A DNA stretch of 64,000 bases from an uncultured delta proteobacterium (GCA_963787125.1 CAWBBV010000007.1:541493-605492); one strand, 5' to 3'; numbered from the stretch's first letter, positions 38,539-49,359 are shown. The notes: generated by a model from the sequence alone, not told the origin. Numbers and translations are program-made.

Positions 38539-39915
38539 ATGAATAAAGCCTTAGGTTTCGTGTTGCCTCTTGCAATTCTGCTGATTGCGCCGCTCTTTTT
38601 ATCGGAGGTTGCCCATGCCATCCCCGCCTTCAGTCGTGAGCACAACACCGAATGCGCTACCTGCCATACAATCTTCCCGGAGCTGAACGAGTATGGCGAC
38701 GTTTTCAAGAAAAACGGTTTTGTCTGGAACAAACAGAAAAAAGGTGAGCAGGCTGCCAATGAGCCTGTCATAAAGGGTGAAGGTGACCCGGATGTGCTGA
38801 AAAAGCTTAAAGGGCTTGCAGCTGCCGGTTTGCCTGAAAAAGACAATGAAGCCGTTTCCGTCGGGCCGAAAAAGAGTGAGCCTTTATGGCTTGCCGGACT
38901 GCCCCAGACTGTTCCCATATCACTTTCAGCGTCACTTAACGCCTCCTATAATGATTCTGCCCCTTATGACAAAGTCGACCTCTCTACCCGGGCAGTTTCG
39001 CTGCTTGCTGGTGGGGTATTCCGTGATAAGCTCGGGTTTTTCCTAAAGTACAATCTGTATTCACAAGGAACTTTTGATCCGGCAGTCAGCAATACACCAG
39101 TAAACGCGGATTCTCCTTATGGGAAAGATCTGGAAGAGTTTTATCTGGTTTGGAGAAACACTCTGGAAACCCCGATAAATATTAAAGTCGGCCGGTTTCG
39201 CCCACAACTCTCTTTATGGAAAAGGACCAACAAGACCGGCATTTCTGATTTTGCCACTACCAGCTTTCATGTTGGTGATTCAAATTTTACAACCGATTCC
39301 ACCCAGGATGCCGTTGAGCTGAACGCAGTTCTGTTTAACCGGGTTTATCTTGCTGGCGGGGTTGTAGACAGGGATGGTCAGGATACCAATGAAGCCTACG
39401 GGCACGTATCACTAAAACTCGGCGGTTCTGATTTTCATGCCCATGAGCCTGATATTGATCTGGATAAAGAAAGCATTTTCGATTATATGTACCTTGTCAT
39501 CGGCGGATATGGTTATTCGGGGCGCAATTCCATAAGTCTTGCCTCAACGCAGCGAAACAACTTTTTTCGTGGTGGTATCGAGATGGATCTGACGGTAATG
39601 AGTGCCAGACTTAAACTTGCCTGGGCCAAAGGAATCGATTCCAATCCTGATTTTGCTTCACATGAAAAGGAGTACACAGATGTTTATGCGGCCCAGGGTG
39701 AATATATGTTCAGCACTGATCTGCTTGCCCTGTTACGTTATGAGTATCAGGAGATGAACGATGGGACTACCTATAAAAGGATTATTCCGGCAATCTCATA
39801 TTCACCTATACAGAACACGAAGCTTACGTTAGAGTACCAGAATGTTGAAGAAGAGAGGCCGGGTTCGAGCAGTTACAGTAATATTACGCTTCTGGGTGTC
39901 AGAGTTGCATTTTAA
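38539..39915 (+). CDS. Putative outer-membrane beta-barrel with N-terminal heme c motif
   Basis: Signal peptide, IPAFSR...CATCH...PELN, alternating beta-strand pattern, C-terminal GVRVAF. Confidence 0.8.
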   Translation: MNKALGFVLPLAILLIAPLFLSEVAHAIPAFSREHNTECATCHTIFPELNEYGDVFKKNGFVWNKQKKGEQAANEPVIKGEGDPDVLKKLKGLAAAGLPEKDNEAVSVGPKKSEPLWLAGLPQTVPISLSASLNASYNDSAPYDKVDLSTRAVSLLAGGVFRDKLGFFLKYNLYSQGTFDPAVSNTPVNADSPYGKDLEEFYLVWRNTLETPINIKVGRFRPQLSLWKRTNKTGISDFATTSFHVGDSNFTTDSTQDAVELNAVLFNRVYLAGGVVDRDGQDTNEAYGHVSLKLGGSDFHAHEPDIDLDKESIFDYMYLVIGGYGYSGRNSISLASTQRNNFFRGGIEMDLTVMSARLKLAWAKGIDSNPDFASHEKEYTDVYAAQGEYMFSTDLLALLRYEYQEMNDGTTYKRIIPAISYSPIQNTKLTLEYQNVEEERPGSSSYSNITLLGVRVAF

Positions 39916-39947
39916 AATTGTCAGGTTTTAAAGAAAGGAGATCAGGG

Positions 39948-40316
39948 ATGAGAATGTTGAGGGTTTTTATTCTGCTTACACTGTTTGCAATTGCTGCCAC
40001 TCCGGTTCATGCAAAAATCAAGGCCATCGGCAGGGGTGACAAGATGAACTTCGACCCGGCGCAGATTCCGGCAGATCTAAAGCCGGCATTTGATATCATG
40101 AAGGTCAAGTGTATTCAATGCCACACCCAGGAGCGGACAGTAATAGCCATTCAAACAGGAATTGCGCCGGTTACCGGCCAACCTTTCGATAAACAGGCGA
40201 CAAAAGCTTATGGAATAAAGATGCTGCGCAAGCCCAAGTCGAATATGACCAGGGATGATGTTAAAAAGGTTGTTAATCTGATGAACTTTTTGATTGATGA
40301 GGCAGCTAAACCTTAA
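39948..40316 (+). CDS. Periplasmic monoheme cytochrome c
   Basis: AAGGAG RBS, signal peptide, KCIQCH, later Met in KMLRKP. Confidence 0.85.
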   Translation: MRMLRVFILLTLFAIAATPVHAKIKAIGRGDKMNFDPAQIPADLKPAFDIMKVKCIQCHTQERTVIAIQTGIAPVTGQPFDKQATKAYGIKMLRKPKSNMTRDDVKKVVNLMNFLIDEAAKP

Positions 40317-40368
40317 CCCTGCTCAACAGGCCTAGCGTATAAAATAACTGCCAAAGTACTAATTGAAA

Positions 40369-40406
40369 AAAGCGACCTGGTCAGATTACCTGGACCAGGT
40401 CGCTTT
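40369..40406. terminator. Bidirectional terminator
   Basis: AAAGCGACCTGGTC-N10-GACCAGGTCGCTTT between convergent genes. Confidence 0.8.
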
Positions 40407-40432
40407 ATATATTGTATTACCTTCAGATTTTT

Positions 40433-40642
40433 CTACTCTTCTTTTGCTATCCTGATGATCTGCAGGACACCTGCCATACTCCCTATCTCCAGAGTATCGA
40501 GTTTTTCAGTGTCGCCAATAACCCCTATGATAGTCCTGTTTGCGCCGGTTGACTGGTGAATGTCGTAGTCTCTGTTTATCAGAAACTCTTTTACGTGAAC
40601 CAGATCATTTTCGGCAGCAGATTTTTTCATGATAATAAGCAT
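40433..40642 (-). CDS. Stand-alone DAHP-synthase ferredoxin-like (ACT-like) regulatory domain
   Basis: MLIIMKK...IHQSTGANRTIIGVIGD...MAGVLQIIRI matches the N-terminus of type I-beta DAHP synthases. Confidence 0.75.
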   Translation of the reverse strand: MLIIMKKSAAENDLVHVKEFLINRDYDIHQSTGANRTIIGVIGDTEKLDTLEIGSMAGVLQIIRIAKEE

Positions 40643-40644
40643 TG

Positions 40645-40965
40645 TTAAGACTCCTTTACGGCTTGACCTTCAGGGTGAGTCATGATTCTTTCGAGTCGTC
40701 TGGATTCATCAATAACCCGTTCAAAGAGCCTTACCACAGCACCGTCATCAAGCGGACCGGGGTTGTCATTTTTCATGCGCACAAAGATCCGCTTTTCTCT
40801 TGAAGGGTCATAAACAGGCAGGTTCAGGACCTTCTTGATCCTGCCGATCTCCAGAGCCAGTGATGCCCTCCTGTTGAAAATAGCCAATAGTTGGCTGTCG
40901 AGACTATCTATTTCTTCCCGGAAAGCCGTTATGTTTTTGTGGATTTCAGAACTGTTTCCGGACAT
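40645..40965 (-). CDS. Chorismate mutase (AroQ type, monofunctional)
   Basis: REEIDSLD...NRRA...IGRIK...VYDPSRE...FERVIDESR. Confidence 0.92.
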   Translation of the reverse strand: MSGNSSEIHKNITAFREEIDSLDSQLLAIFNRRASLALEIGRIKKVLNLPVYDPSREKRIFVRMKNDNPGPLDDGAVVRLFERVIDESRRLERIMTHPEGQAVKES

Positions 40966-42544
40966 AAGTATCCTTTTTCCAGTGAATGTCGTCTCGTTCA
41001 GGGTAGTCGATGTTGTAGTGAAGTCCGCGTGACTCCTTGCGCTGTTTGGCGCAGCGGACTATAAGCTCTGCTACGGTAGCAATATTGCGGAGCTCTATAA
41101 GGTCTGAGGTTATGATGAAATCCCAGTAAAAATCTTCAATCTCCTCCTGAATCAGTCTTATCCTGCGCAGGGCGCGCTCAAGCCGTTTGTCGGACCTTAC
41201 TATGCCGACATAGTTTGACATGCAGCGTCTGATCTCATCCCAATTCTGGGAGACGATAACCATTTCATCGCTGTTGGTTGCCGTCCCGGAGTCCCATTCA
41301 GGGACAACGGGAAGCTGCTCCCTGCAACCTTTATTGAGCTCGTTGACAACATGCTTATAAGCCCGCCCGGCATAGACGGCAGCTTCGAGCAGCGAGTTGC
41401 TGGCGAGGCGGTTGGCGCCATGTAGTCCGGTGAAGGCGACTTCACCGATTGCATAAAGATGCTTGATGTTGGTCTCCGCATTTTTGTCGACAGCAACGCC
41501 GCCGCAAAGGTAGTGAGCGGCAGGAACGACCGGCAGTGGCGATATGGTCATGTCGAGCCCGTAATCCAGGCAGGTCTGGTAAATATTCGGAAAACGGCCC
41601 TTGATATATTCCGGCTCTCTATGGGTCATGTCGAGGTAGACACAGTCGTCTCCATAGGTCTTCATCTCGTTGTCTATGGCGCGGGCAACAATGTCTCGCG
41701 GCGCCAGATCTTTCAGGTGGTGATACTTTTCCATGAAGGCGGTGCCGTCGCGGCGGCGTAGAATTGCCCCTTCACCGCGGACAGCTTCCGAGATCAGGAA
41801 GGACTTGGCATTAGCATGGAAAAGAGTTGTCGGGTGGAACTGCATGAACTCCATATTGGCAATATCGGCGCCGGCGCGATATGCCATGGCTACGCCGTCG
41901 CCTGTCGCGACGTCAGGATTGCAGGTGTAAAGGTAAACTTTGCCGGCTCCGCCTGTTGCCAGCAGGGTGAAACCGGCGGTAAATGTTTTCACTCTCTCGG
42001 CCTCTATACCGAGAACATAGGCACCGAGACAGCGATTTGGCTTCAGACGTTTATGGGTAATTTTTGCCTCGGTAATCAGGTCGATGGCAATATGGTTTTC
42101 ATAAATGGATATGTTCGGATGATTTCTGGCCGCAGCCACAAGGGCTCTTTCGATCTCCCGTCCGGTTACATCGTCGGCATGAAGAATTCTTCTCTGGCTG
42201 TGACCACCTTCGCGGGTAAGATCATACGAATCGCCGCTGGTAGTGAATTTAACCCCCCAGTCAATGAGACTCTGGATGGTTGGTGGCCCTTCTTCGACAA
42301 CCATTCTGACAATGTCTTCGTGACAGACACCGGCACCGGCAATAAGAGTATCCTCTACGTGGGCCTCAAAGGTATCTTCCTTTGAAAAAACCGAGGCAAT
42401 CCCGCCTTGAGCATAATTTGTTGCCGATTCGGTTACCTCACGTTTCGTCACGATTGCAACCGTGCCGTGGCTGGCAGCCTTTAAAGCAAAAGAAAGGCCC
42501 GCAATGCCGCTTCCAAGTACAAGAAAATCACAATTTATCTTCAT
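40946..42544 (-). CDS. nadB: L-aspartate oxidase
   Basis: GSGIAG, YAQGGIA, REGGHS, QFHPT, SEAVRGEG, LHGANRLASNSLLE, ESRGLH. Confidence 0.97.
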   Translation of the reverse strand: MKINCDFLVLGSGIAGLSFALKAASHGTVAIVTKREVTESATNYAQGGIASVFSKEDTFEAHVEDTLIAGAGVCHEDIVRMVVEEGPPTIQSLIDWGVKFTTSGDSYDLTREGGHSQRRILHADDVTGREIERALVAAARNHPNISIYENHIAIDLITEAKITHKRLKPNRCLGAYVLGIEAERVKTFTAGFTLLATGGAGKVYLYTCNPDVATGDGVAMAYRAGADIANMEFMQFHPTTLFHANAKSFLISEAVRGEGAILRRRDGTAFMEKYHHLKDLAPRDIVARAIDNEMKTYGDDCVYLDMTHREPEYIKGRFPNIYQTCLDYGLDMTISPLPVVPAAHYLCGGVAVDKNAETNIKHLYAIGEVAFTGLHGANRLASNSLLEAAVYAGRAYKHVVNELNKGCREQLPVVPEWDSGTATNSDEMVIVSQNWDEIRRCMSNYVGIVRSDKRLERALRRIRLIQEEIEDFYWDFIITSDLIELRNIATVAELIVRCAKQRKESRGLHYNIDYPERDDIHWKKDTYVRKQF

Positions 42545-42614
42545 TTTTAACTGCTCCGTGACAACATTTTTATGCTGCGATGGCTGAAAATTATTTACCT
42601 GACCTAAGCGTTTG

Positions 42615-43592
42615 TCAACTGGTAGATAGCTCAAGACTAAAGTGGCACGCCGAAAAATGTCCGCGCATTTTTTCTTCAAGCAGCGGCTGCCTGGAGGCAC
42701 AGATATCCTGTCTATACGGACAGCGGGGGTGGAAAGAGCATCCTGTCGGCAAAGAAATGGGCGACGGCATGTCGCTGTCCAGGATTGTGGCCGATCTGTC
42801 AGCCGAGTTAAATCCGGGGATAGCCGCCAGTAGTGCCTTTGTATATGGGTGCAGCGGGTTTACGAACAGCTCTTCAGTCGCTGCTTCTTCTACAATCCTG
42901 CCAAGATACATGATGGCGACTTTTGTGCTTAAATGGCGGATAACTGCAAGGTCATGGGAGATAAGGAGGTATGAAAGCCCCAGGCTCTGCTGCAGTTCGA
43001 TGAGGAGATTTATTATCTGCGCCTGAATGGAGATATCGAGGCTGGAGAGCGGCTCATCAGCAATAATGACTTTAGGGCTAAGGGCAATTGCTCTGGCAAC
43101 GCCGATCCTTTGCCGTTGGCCACCCGAAAATTCATGGGGGTAGCGATCATACTGCTCAGGCGGTAAGCCTACTTTCTGCATCAGATCGAGAACTGTACTT
43201 TTATAATCGCCAGCCGAGGTTATCCGGTGAATAATGAGCGGCTCGCCGATTATCTCTCCGACTCTCATTCTAGGATTTAGTGATGAATATGGGTCCTGAA
43301 AGACCATTTGCACTGAGCGTCTGAAGCTATTCATAGCTTTTCTGTCGAGCGCCGAAATGTTTTCGCCGTTAAACAGAATCTTTCCTGAAGTCGGTAGTTC
43401 AAGTCCCATCAAAAGCTTTGCAACAGTAGATTTACCGCAACCTGATTCGCCCGCCAGACCCAGAGTCTCACCATGCCTCAAGGTGAGGCTGACTCCGTCG
43501 AGAGCTGTGACAACTTTATTGTTGCCGAAAGAAGTAGCGGAAAGCTCGAACTGTTTTTTCAGGTTGACGGCTTCCAGGAGGATACTGTTCAT
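42615..43592 (-). CDS. Oligopeptide/dipeptide ABC ATP-binding protein (OppF-like)
   Basis: [43 protein letters not shown]. Confidence 0.95.
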   Translation of the reverse strand: MNSILLEAVNLKKQFELSATSFGNNKVVTALDGVSLTLRHGETLGLAGESGCGKSTVAKLLMGLELPTSGKILFNGENISALDRKAMNSFRRSVQMVFQDPYSSLNPRMRVGEIIGEPLIIHRITSAGDYKSTVLDLMQKVGLPPEQYDRYPHEFSGGQRQRIGVARAIALSPKVIIADEPLSSLDISIQAQIINLLIELQQSLGLSYLLISHDLAVIRHLSTKVAIMYLGRIVEEAATEELFVNPLHPYTKALLAAIPGFNSADRSATILDSDMPSPISLPTGCSFHPRCPYRQDICASRQPLLEEKMRGHFSACHFSLELSTS

Positions 43593-44590
43593 GGGAGAGG
43601 CGCCCTCCAGCAAGCTGCAAAATGATTGGGGCTTACTTCGATAAGAGGCGGGCGGGCGGAATCACATTTTGCAATTTTATATGGGCATCTGCTCGCAAAG
43701 GTGCAGCCGGGTTGAGTTAGATCTTTCGGCGAAAGTGATCCTCTGATTGCCGGCAAAGGCTGCCCTGGAGGGCTGCTCTGGGGGAGAGAGGCGATCAGCC
43801 CTTTTGTATAGGGGTGAAGCGGAGTAGCAAGCACAAGCTCGGTTGGAGCGGACTCGACTGCAGCTCCAGCGTACATGATTACTGTTTTGTCAGCGCGGTT
43901 GGCGACAATTCCGAGATTATGGGTAATCAGCAATAGACTCATGCCGGTACTCTCTTTGAGAGTGTCGATTAGTTCGAGAATTTGCGCCTGAATGGTAACA
44001 TCAAGGGCGGTTGTCGGTTCATCGGCAATGAGGAGCCTGGGTTTGCAGGCAAGAGCCATTGCAATCATGGCGCGCTGTTTCATGCCGCCGGACAGTTGGT
44101 GCGGGTAAGAAGCAAAACGCTCGCCGGCGTCAGGGATTCCAACTTGTGTGAGGAGCCTGACCGCCTCGGTATCGGCAGCTGCTTTTGGTATGTTTCGGTG
44201 CTGCCTGATTGCTTCGGTGATCTGGAACCCAATTCTTAGTACAGGATTGAGAGAGGTCATCGGTTCCTGGAAAACCATGGAAATTGCCGAGCCTCTCAGT
44301 TTCTGCATTCTGTGTTCATCTGCTTTGAGGAGATCTTCACCCTCAAAGAGTATTTCACCTGCACAGATTTCTCCCGGTTTCTGTAAGAGACGCATGATTG
44401 AAAAGGCCGTAACGCTTTTGCCGCAGCCGGATTCACCGACGAGTGCGACCGTCTCCATGCTGTTAATTGTCAGGGAGAGCTCGTTGACAACTTTCAGACT
44501 GACTCCGTTTTTGCCGGGGAATCTTACGGAAAGCTGCTTTATTTCGAGAAGTTTTTCAGATTTGGCCGGGCTTTGTGGTGAGGGTTCCAT
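43589..44590 (-). CDS. Oligopeptide/dipeptide ABC ATP-binding protein (OppD-like)
   Basis: [44 protein letters not shown]. Confidence 0.95.
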   Translation of the reverse strand: MEPSPQSPAKSEKLLEIKQLSVRFPGKNGVSLKVVNELSLTINSMETVALVGESGCGKSVTAFSIMRLLQKPGEICAGEILFEGEDLLKADEHRMQKLRGSAISMVFQEPMTSLNPVLRIGFQITEAIRQHRNIPKAAADTEAVRLLTQVGIPDAGERFASYPHQLSGGMKQRAMIAMALACKPRLLIADEPTTALDVTIQAQILELIDTLKESTGMSLLLITHNLGIVANRADKTVIMYAGAAVESAPTELVLATPLHPYTKGLIASLPQSSPPGQPLPAIRGSLSPKDLTQPGCTFASRCPYKIAKCDSARPPLIEVSPNHFAACWRAPLP

Positions 44591-44668
44591 GGAGTAGAGT
44601 TATAGCACCAATCTTGTCGTTAGGCAAACTAGATGAGATTCTACACTGGAGTCTGGACAAGCCTTTAA

Positions 44669-46741
44669 TCAGGCAGCTTTAGCAGCCGGCTGCTCTGTTT
44701 TGGTGGCGGTTGCGAAAAAAGGGAAGGTTGACTGTGTCATAAGCTCGACGAAAATCGGAACAATTGCGGGATCAAATTGGGTGCCGGAGTTCTCGGTGAG
44801 CTCCTTGAGGGCAACGTCAAGGGCAAGTGCCTTGCGATACGGTCTGTCAGAGGTCATGGCGTCAAAGGCGTCGGCAATAGCCAAAATTCTTGATTCCAAG
44901 AGTAGTGCCTCAGCGGAGAGCTTGTTCGGGTAGCCTTTGCCGTCAAAGCGCTCATGGTGCTGGGCTATGCAGAGTCTAACGTCGAGAAGGAACTCGATCG
45001 GTTCAAGAATCTTAATGCCGATGCTGGGGTGCTGTTGCAGGTCAAAAATGTCTTCCGGAGTGAGTTTCCCGACTTTATGCAAGAGCGTCAGGTTAATGCC
45101 GATTTTGCCGATGTCATGAAGAATCGCGGCTCGCTCCATTATTTTAAGTCGCTCTTGCGACAGGCCGAGTTTTTTAGCTATGGCAAGGCTGTATTTCGTA
45201 ACTCTTTCAGAATGGCCGCGGGTATAACTGTCACTGGCTTCAATGGCAGATACAAGCGCGTGGATAGTGTTCAGGTAAGTCTTTTGCTGCTCATCGTAGA
45301 GCATGGCGTTTTTGATGGCAATGCTTGCCTGGGCCGCAATAGTTGTCAGCAGGCCAAGCTCATCATTAGTATAAGTGGAGCCGTCATTCTTGTTGACAAC
45401 AGTAATTGTGCCGATGACTTCGTCACGGACTATCAAAGGTGAGCAGATCAGAGTTTTGCGCTCATAGCCGAGGGCACTGAAGCGGTCGAACTGCGGCGTC
45501 TCATTTATGTCGGAAATCAGGAGCGGTTTGGCGTTGTTAATCACCCACCCGGACACACTGCTGTCCTTCATCGGCAAGATAACGGCGCCGTCAGTCTCAT
45601 CTCCATGGCCGACAAGAGTATCGACACGCATCGCATCATTCTCTTTGTCATGAATTATGATATAGCCGATATTGGCATGAAGAGTCTCAATTGTCGTGTC
45701 GACAATCAGGCGGAAGATGTTCTCGTTGTCCATGTTGGAGTTTATGGCAAGTCCGACTTTGTAGAGTGTAGAAAGGCGGGCAACCACCTTTTCAAGGTTT
45801 GAGTTCTTGTCTTCAAGCTCTCCCGCCAGGTCGGCTATCTTGTAGTTTGCCTCTTCAATCTCTTCAATCCGTTCCTCAAGGCTTATGTTGAGAGTTTCTA
45901 TCTCGGATATCTGCGACTCAAGTTTCTGATTGAGGGAGTGGACCTCACGATGGTGAGAGAGTTTCCCCTGGGCAACGGCAAGCTCCCGCTCATGGTTTAT
46001 AGCGGTGTCCATGACACTGTTAAGTTGAGTTACCATGTGGTTGAAGTGATTGCTGAGGAGATTCATCTCGGTGCTACTGGTAATAACCGTATTTACTTCA
46101 AAATCACCACCCTCAACTTTTCGCATGGACAAAATGAGTTGTTTTATCGGCTTGTCGACATAAAAGAAGAGGAAAATGGAGATGGTAAGGATGATCATCA
46201 GGATTATTGCTGCAGTTGAGATAATCTCATTGTGTTTCATCGACTCCATGATGTTTTTCATGTACTCGATGGAAATATTGACCTGCAGTATTCCGAGGAC
46301 TTCGGTTGAAGGGTTGTGGCAACCATGGCATGCCGGGGCGTTTCTGATCAGGGAGATGGAGGTGAATGTCTGGAGATTATCCAGTATTGTAGAATCGCCG
46401 CGTTTGATAACCGACATATCTTCTTTCGGTACAGATGAGCCGATTTCAGCCGGTTTTGCCGAGTTAAGGATAAGTCCTTCGGGATCGAGTATTCTGATTG
46501 AAGTTATATGGGTAGAGTTGTTGAGTCTGGCGAGAATAGAGCGGACTTCGTCGGATCTGCCGCTGCGCATGGCGTCGGCAATGCTGCTTTTAATAGTTTC
46601 GTTAAGGAGTTGAATGTTGCCGTCGGTTACTTTATGGACGAGTTGTTTCTGATATCTGAAATTTATATAAGTGGCGGCTGAAAGGAAAATAACTATCAGA
46701 CAGCAGACAGCACCAAGTATTTTTACCTTGAGAGAGTTCAT
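44669..46741 (-). CDS. Membrane HD-GYP phosphodiesterase with periplasmic heme-c sensor, HAMP and GAF
   Basis: Two TM helices flanking CHGCH; YTRGHSERV, LHDIGKIG, HHERFDGKGYP, DRPYRK. Confidence 0.92.
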   Translation of the reverse strand: MNSLKVKILGAVCCLIVIFLSAATYINFRYQKQLVHKVTDGNIQLLNETIKSSIADAMRSGRSDEVRSILARLNNSTHITSIRILDPEGLILNSAKPAEIGSSVPKEDMSVIKRGDSTILDNLQTFTSISLIRNAPACHGCHNPSTEVLGILQVNISIEYMKNIMESMKHNEIISTAAIILMIILTISIFLFFYVDKPIKQLILSMRKVEGGDFEVNTVITSSTEMNLLSNHFNHMVTQLNSVMDTAINHERELAVAQGKLSHHREVHSLNQKLESQISEIETLNISLEERIEEIEEANYKIADLAGELEDKNSNLEKVVARLSTLYKVGLAINSNMDNENIFRLIVDTTIETLHANIGYIIIHDKENDAMRVDTLVGHGDETDGAVILPMKDSSVSGWVINNAKPLLISDINETPQFDRFSALGYERKTLICSPLIVRDEVIGTITVVNKNDGSTYTNDELGLLTTIAAQASIAIKNAMLYDEQQKTYLNTIHALVSAIEASDSYTRGHSERVTKYSLAIAKKLGLSQERLKIMERAAILHDIGKIGINLTLLHKVGKLTPEDIFDLQQHPSIGIKILEPIEFLLDVRLCIAQHHERFDGKGYPNKLSAEALLLESRILAIADAFDAMTSDRPYRKALALDVALKELTENSGTQFDPAIVPIFVELMTQSTFPFFATATKTEQPAAKAA

Positions 46742-47188
46742 AGTTCCTAATACTTTTGAAACGTTAGATGTCTTTAGAGCTTTATTTCGCAGTCTTTGCA
46801 AGTTATATGGCGGTTAAATCAAGCTAATTACGCAGATCATATTCTGGAAGTCAGGCCGTTTCACTTAGTGTAAAAGCCACCCTTTAATCATTGCTGTAAA
46901 GGGTTTGCAGCTATTATTAATGAAGTAGCCAACCAGTCAATATGATTAAAGCTTTTAAACCTTACCCCTGTTCGATGGATTAAATCTGCTCTGGCTTAAT
47001 AAGAATAGCAATTCATCTGCCAATTAAGACAGCGCCGGTAAATTATCTGTTCGCAGGGGATGGTTGTAAATACCGGCGGATTATCTGTTGACGGGCTTTC
47101 GCTTTTATGATTTTTATTACTATTCCCGTCTTGATGAACAGGGATAAGTGCGTTAACTTCTCTACTTGCCAAAATATAAGGATCACGC

Positions 47189-48304
47189 TTGACACTATCT
47201 CGGCTGCTCTCAATCTCAACTGCGCTACTACTTCTCGCAACAGTCTCTGCGGCTTCAATCAGGTCTGAATCTGTCCGTATCGCCATTATCAAGGGTGCCG
47301 AGACGTTGACAATCGATGGTGACGGGCTGCTCGCAGCCGACGAGAAGGGGAATCCGGTGATGCTCACCTACCCGGCATCCCTGCGCAAGAGTTCAGGCAG
47401 CAGTTTCTCGGTAGACGGCAGACTGTTAAAAAGGCTGACAATATCGGCTCCGGCAAAAATCAGGATAAATGGTAAAAGCTACCGCGGGATAGTAGATTTT
47501 TATCCTGCCGACAAAGGTCTTCTGGTCGTAGATGAACTACCGCTTGAAGAGTATCTCGTCGGACTGATCAACTGCGAAATATCATCTCTTTGGCCGGTTG
47601 AAGCGGTAAAGGCCCAGGCCGTCATTGCCCGCTCCTATGCTATCTATCAAAAAGATGCCAGACGTGCCGCGCAGTACCACCTTGAATCAAGCGTCATGGA
47701 TCAGGTTTACGATGGTGTCGATATCGAAGACAGTCGTGCTGCCAGAGCGGTAGAAGAGACTGCCGGCGAAGTGCTGACATTCTCCGGAGGGGTGATCCAG
47801 GCGTTTTATCACTCAAATTGCGGCGGTCATACCGAAGCGGCGCTTAATGTCTGGGGGGCAGATCTGCCCTATCTTCAGGGGGTAGAGTGCCGCTACTGTC
47901 TGAATGTCCCCTCGGCAAAATGGGAAGTATCTTTGCCGTTGAAAAAAATAGAGTCTTTAGTCAAAGCCGCCGGGTATCAGGCAACAGGTCTCAGTAGCAT
48001 AAAAACCGGCGCTACCAACAGAAACGGTCGTCTTCAGGATCTCACTCTTGCAACGGCAAAAGGCGGTCTGGTTATCACTGCGGTCAATTTTCGTAAAGCG
48101 GTCGGCTATTCTGTTATCAAGAGTACCAATTTCTCTGTCAGGATGCGTGGTGATGAGCTCCAGTTTGCCGGGCTTGGCAACGGTCACGGGGTCGGTCTCT
48201 GTCAGTGGGGCTCGAAACAGCGGGCAGGAGATGGATTCAGTTACCGGGAAATCCTTACCTACTACTATCCGGGTGTCCGTATAGATAAGTTGAAGCAGCT
48301 CTAA
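47189..48304 (+). CDS. SpoIID/LytB-domain protein
   Basis: LEEYL, EAVKAQAVIARSYA, QVY, YHSNCGG, GHGVGLCQWG, ILTYYYPG. Confidence 0.93.
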   Translation: MTLSRLLSISTALLLLATVSAASIRSESVRIAIIKGAETLTIDGDGLLAADEKGNPVMLTYPASLRKSSGSSFSVDGRLLKRLTISAPAKIRINGKSYRGIVDFYPADKGLLVVDELPLEEYLVGLINCEISSLWPVEAVKAQAVIARSYAIYQKDARRAAQYHLESSVMDQVYDGVDIEDSRAARAVEETAGEVLTFSGGVIQAFYHSNCGGHTEAALNVWGADLPYLQGVECRYCLNVPSAKWEVSLPLKKIESLVKAAGYQATGLSSIKTGATNRNGRLQDLTLATAKGGLVITAVNFRKAVGYSVIKSTNFSVRMRGDELQFAGLGNGHGVGLCQWGSKQRAGDGFSYREILTYYYPGVRIDKLKQL

Positions 48305-48316
48305 AGGTTTAACCAG

Positions 48317-49345
48317 ATGCGTCTTGACGATTTTGATTTCATCCTCCCGCCAGAATTTATTGCGGTCGAGCCCCCTGTTGACAGGGAGTCCGCCCGGCTT
48401 TTGACTCTTGCAAGAGTTAGCGGCGAAACAGGTGAAACCCTGATTGCGAATCTTCCTGAACTGCTGTTTCCGGGAGATCTCCTGATTCTCAACGATACGA
48501 AGGTGATCCCGGCGCGGCTGCACGGCGAGAAGCCCAGCGGTGGCAAGGTGGAGCTGTTCCTTGTTCGACGGCTTGAAACAGCAGGGGAAGAGTGGCTTGT
48601 GCTGATCCGCTCTTCAAAGTCGGCTCGCCCGGGAACGATTATAAACCTGCCCGAGCAGGTTACAGCGACTGTTATCGGCACTGGAGAAAATGATGCCTGG
48701 ATTGTCTCGTTTACAGGGGCAGCTGATTTTTCCTGCTGGCTTGACAGAAACGGCGCAGTTCCTCTTCCACCTTACATCAAAAGGCCTCCCCAGGCGAAAG
48801 ATCGGGATCGCTACCAGACCGTTTTTGCCAAAGAACGCGGTGCGGTTGCCGCCCCGACGGCAGGACTGCACTTTACCCCGGAGTTGCTGGAGAGAATCCG
48901 CCTTAACGGGGTAGACGTTGCCACTATAACCCTTCATGTCGGTCTGGGTACTTTTATGCCGGTGCGGGTCGATAACCCGCGTGAGCACAGGATGCATCGG
49001 GAGCGTTATACCGTTCCAGCGGAAACTGTTGCTGCCATTGCAGCCTGCAGACAGAGAGGCGGCAGAGTTGTTGCGGTCGGGACAACAGTTGCCAGAACCC
49101 TGGAATATGCAGCCAGCGGGGATACCTTAAGAGTCGGCAGCGGTGAAGCCGATATCTTTATCTATCCCGGTTACCGCTTCAAGGTTGTGGATGCCTTGAT
49201 AACCAATTTTCACCTCCCCAAATCGACACTGCTCATGCTGGTGTCCGCTTTTGCCGGGCGTGAACATGTTTTGGCCGCTTACCATGAAGCGATTGCTCGT
49301 GGTTTCAGGTTTTACAGTTATGGCGATGCCATGTTTATCAGCTGA
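48317..49345 (+). CDS. queA: S-adenosylmethionine:tRNA ribosyltransferase-isomerase
   Basis: [43 protein letters not shown]. Confidence 0.98.
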   Translation: MRLDDFDFILPPEFIAVEPPVDRESARLLTLARVSGETGETLIANLPELLFPGDLLILNDTKVIPARLHGEKPSGGKVELFLVRRLETAGEEWLVLIRSSKSARPGTIINLPEQVTATVIGTGENDAWIVSFTGAADFSCWLDRNGAVPLPPYIKRPPQAKDRDRYQTVFAKERGAVAAPTAGLHFTPELLERIRLNGVDVATITLHVGLGTFMPVRVDNPREHRMHRERYTVPAETVAAIAACRQRGGRVVAVGTTVARTLEYAASGDTLRVGSGEADIFIYPGYRFKVVDALITNFHLPKSTLLMLVSAFAGREHVLAAYHEAIARGFRFYSYGDAMFIS

Positions 49346-49359
49346 TCCGGACCTATTAA

